Shown here piece after piece: positions 61,715-64,000 of a stretch of DNA of 64,000 nucleotides (position 1 is its first letter; each line of letters opens with the position of its first letter). The DNA lies in the NCBI GenBank assembly GCA_039024635.1, contig JBCCQA010000003.1, forward strand, positions 62,241 to 126,240, in the 5' to 3' direction. Made by a program: the position numbers and the translations under genes. The notes below the pieces were generated by a model. That model was not told the DNA's origin. It made no database searches and worked only from the letters and a program-made list of their open reading frames with translations. This DNA comes from Myxococcota bacterium. Lineage in GTDB: Bacteria; Myxococcota; Kuafuiibacteriia; Kuafuiibacteriales; Kuafuiibacteriaceae.

Positions 61715-62074
61715 ATGTTCCGCTTCTTGTACCGGGTCCTCCTATTTGGGGTGCTGGTGTGGGGTTCCTTCGTGCTCGAGTACCAGGGAAAGCCGGTTCG
61801 CTGGTACGTCCAAGACTGGGCGGCTGGAGCCTTGGAGCGGGCCTGGCCCATCGGTCGCGAGCTGGCTCGAGACGTGTGGATGAAGCAGGTCCCGTCGCCC
61901 GAAGAGGCGGCACGCCCGTCCCGAGAGAGAGCCTCGTCACGAGTAAAGGCTTTGGCCGAAGCGCGGGAACGGATCGCCCCAGCCAAAGCGCGGGAAAACC
62001 TCGACTACGATCGACCTCAAAGCGCCAAGGAGCGGCGCGAACTCGACGAACGCCTGCAGCGCGGGCTCCGATGA
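61715..62074 (+). CDS. Small membrane-anchored hypothetical protein
   Basis: N-terminal TM (MFRFLYRVLLFGVLVWGSFVL); basic helical C-terminus; ends 4 nt before the rhomboid gene. Confidence 0.65.
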   Translation: MFRFLYRVLLFGVLVWGSFVLEYQGKPVRWYVQDWAAGALERAWPIGRELARDVWMKQVPSPEEAARPSRERASSRVKALAEARERIAPAKARENLDYDRPQSAKERRELDERLQRGLR

Positions 62075-62078
62075 GCTC

Positions 62079-63182
62079 ATGGACGATCGCTCCGTCCGCA
62101 CCTGCCCGAAGTGCGGAGCGCTCATCACGCCCCAACTGGACCGCTGCCGGGTGTGTGGGACCTATCTCCACGGAACAGCCTTTGAAGGCTTCCTGGTCGA
62201 GCATCTGCTCCCCCCTCAGCTCCGCGCATCTCCAGGCACCGGGCTGATCGCGCTTCTCATCGGCCTGTTCTTCGTTTTCCAGTCCTTGGTCGCCGGTCCG
62301 ATCCAGGTCTTTTCTTTTAGCCCCTACAGCCTGAGAGCGCTGGGCGGCCTCTTCGGCCCCGACATCGTGATGGGCGAGTGGTGGCGCTTCGTCACTTCGA
62401 TGTTCGCTCACGGTGGGCTTCTTCACCTCGGCTTCAACCTCTACGCCCTCACCATCATCGGCCCCGTGGTCGAGCAGCTCTTTGATCGCAAGAAGATGTG
62501 GACCCTCTACGTCGCGAGCGGGGTCCTCTCGATGGTAGCGAGCTACACGTGGAACGTGGAGGTGAACGGTCAGCTCTTCTCCGCCTCGGTCGGCGCTTCC
62601 GGCGCGATCTCCGGCCTCATCGGCGCCACCATCGCCGGGGGTCGTCGGGAAGGTCCTCGCGGGGCCATCCTGGTCAGGATCTGCGCCCGGTGGGCGCTGT
62701 ACATGGTGATCTTCGGACTTCTGGTCCCGGGCATCGACAACGCGGCCCACGCAGGAGGCTTCCTCGCCGGCTTGGGCCTGGGCCAGATCGTACCCCTCGG
62801 CCTCACGAAGTCCGTGGCCGCGAATCGAGCTCTGTCGGTGCTGATGCTAGGCGTATTCGCAGGCATCGTCTTCTGTTTCGCCGCGATGTTCGACGGCCTT
62901 CGTCGAGGACCTGGCTCCTTGGCCGACGACGCCTATCCGAGCTCATTCCTCTTTCTCACCCTCAGAAAGGGGACGGATTGGGATCAATCCACTCAGTATC
63001 TTGCAATCCAAGACTGTGAATCAGCGCTGAGGGGTGAAGCCGACGCGGTCGAAGCCTGCCGATTCGCGGTCCGCGCTCACCCCCATCCGGTCACCTACCA
63101 GATGCTCGCTCGGGCCTACCGTGAGGCCGGCAACGAGAAGGCAGTCGATCGCCTCCGACCCGTCCTCCGACGCCTGCGTTGA
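62079..63182 (+). CDS. Rhomboid-family intramembrane serine protease with N-terminal zinc ribbon
   Basis: CPKC...CRVC; WRFVTSMFAHGGLLHLGFN, GASGAISG (catalytic Ser) and AHAGGFLAG (catalytic His) motifs. Confidence 0.93.
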   Translation: MDDRSVRTCPKCGALITPQLDRCRVCGTYLHGTAFEGFLVEHLLPPQLRASPGTGLIALLIGLFFVFQSLVAGPIQVFSFSPYSLRALGGLFGPDIVMGEWWRFVTSMFAHGGLLHLGFNLYALTIIGPVVEQLFDRKKMWTLYVASGVLSMVASYTWNVEVNGQLFSASVGASGAISGLIGATIAGGRREGPRGAILVRICARWALYMVIFGLLVPGIDNAAHAGGFLAGLGLGQIVPLGLTKSVAANRALSVLMLGVFAGIVFCFAAMFDGLRRGPGSLADDAYPSSFLFLTLRKGTDWDQSTQYLAIQDCESALRGEADAVEACRFAVRAHPHPVTYQMLARAYREAGNEKAVDRLRPVLRRLR

Positions 63183-63298
63183 GCGGGGTCCGGTCAGCCG
63201 CCAGCGCGGCCCGCCTGAACTCCGCCAAATCCTCCTACCTCGTCCGTGCGGACGGCTAATGTGTAGGCCAGAGCTAGCGCGCCCCCTAGTCTCGGCCC

Positions 63299-63985
63299 AT
63301 GACCCAAGGGAAAGTGATGCTGGTGACCGGCGGCTCAACGGGCATCGGCGCGGCCACTGCAAAACGAGCCCAGGAAGCCGGCTGGCGCCTCGTGCTCGGG
63401 GCACGCTCGATCGACAAGCTCGAAGGCCTGGCCAAAGAGCTCGGAGATGGGGTGGCCTACGCTGCCTGTGACGTCACCAAGTTCGAAGAACTGCAGGCCC
63501 TCACGGAACTGGCCGTGTCTCGCTTTGGAGGCATCGACGCGGTCTTCGCCAACGCAGGCATCGGCGGCAGCCCGGGGGGCTTCTCCGGAGCCAATCGTGC
63601 GCACTGGAAGACCATGATCATGACCAACGTCTTCGGCCTAGGCCTCACCTTGCAGGCCACCCTTCCCGCTTTGAAGAAGAGTCGAGGTCACGTCCTCATC
63701 ACCGGCTCGGTGGCCGGTCGGCGCACCCTCGGTGGCTCGATGTACTCGGCGACCAAGTGGGCGGCCAACGCCATAGGCTACAACTTGAGGGAGGAACTTC
63801 GAGGCACCGGCGTCCGAGTGACGGTGGTCGAGCCCGGCGTGGTCGACACCCCCTTCTTCGACGACCCCAAACCTGACGGCCTGCGCCCAGACGACGTGGC
63901 GAGAAGCGTGATGTACGCGATCGAGCAGCCTCCTAGCGTCGACGTCCACGAACTGCTGGTGCTGCCGACACCCCCCGCGAAGTAG
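63299..63985 (+). CDS. SDR family oxidoreductase (YdfG-like)
   Basis: TGGSTGIG, FANAG, YSATK and VEPGVVDTPFF motifs. Confidence 0.93.
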   Translation: MTQGKVMLVTGGSTGIGAATAKRAQEAGWRLVLGARSIDKLEGLAKELGDGVAYAACDVTKFEELQALTELAVSRFGGIDAVFANAGIGGSPGGFSGANRAHWKTMIMTNVFGLGLTLQATLPALKKSRGHVLITGSVAGRRTLGGSMYSATKWAANAIGYNLREELRGTGVRVTVVEPGVVDTPFFDDPKPDGLRPDDVARSVMYAIEQPPSVDVHELLVLPTPPAK

Positions 63986-64000
63986 AGCACTGCCCAGTGG

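Noticed and set aside
48658-63182. Rhomboid as the sorting enzyme for the metalloprotease C-terminal tag
   Set aside because: The tag looks like MYXO-CTERM (Cys-containing), which is attributed to CPBP-type myxosortases rather than rhombosortase; the genes are about 12.5 kb apart

Overview
High-GC, gene-dense bacterial chromosome segment, most likely from a Myxococcota genome. Supporting markers are a CglD-like gliding lipoprotein, stand-alone MshEN/GspE-N proteins, a MYXO-CTERM-like metalloprotease, a PEGA Ser/Thr kinase, a giant TPR protein and a short OPX plus beta-barrel pair. About 55 CDSs are present: korAB, ALDH, CPA2 antiporter, SDRs, acuI, amtB, a histidine kinase/sigma54 activator pair, iscA/erpA, an ABC exporter, an ECF sigma/anti-sigma pair, a truncated S1 paralog, a pseudouridine synthase, moaC, hemW, hrcA-grpE-dnaK, asd and a rhomboid. 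I saw no tRNA, rRNA, CRISPR array, transposase or prophage gene. Signals not explained by the ORF track: (1) a TPP riboswitch with its own promoter and an SD-sequestering platform upstream of a FabG-like SDR (OarX-type); (2) a TANNNT -10 box 6-7 nt before the start codon of at least 12 genes, indicating pervasive leaderless transcription; (3) two ORFs where that geometry points to a CTG start, one within a symmetric bidirectional promoter (starts 23 bp apart); (4) a four-domain S1 paralog with degenerate RNA-binding residues; (5) an operon linking an MshEN receptor, an orphan ABC ATPase, an ECF/anti-sigma pair and a CglD-like adhesin with ten CxCxC repeats. All calls come from reading the sequence by eye; no database searches were run.
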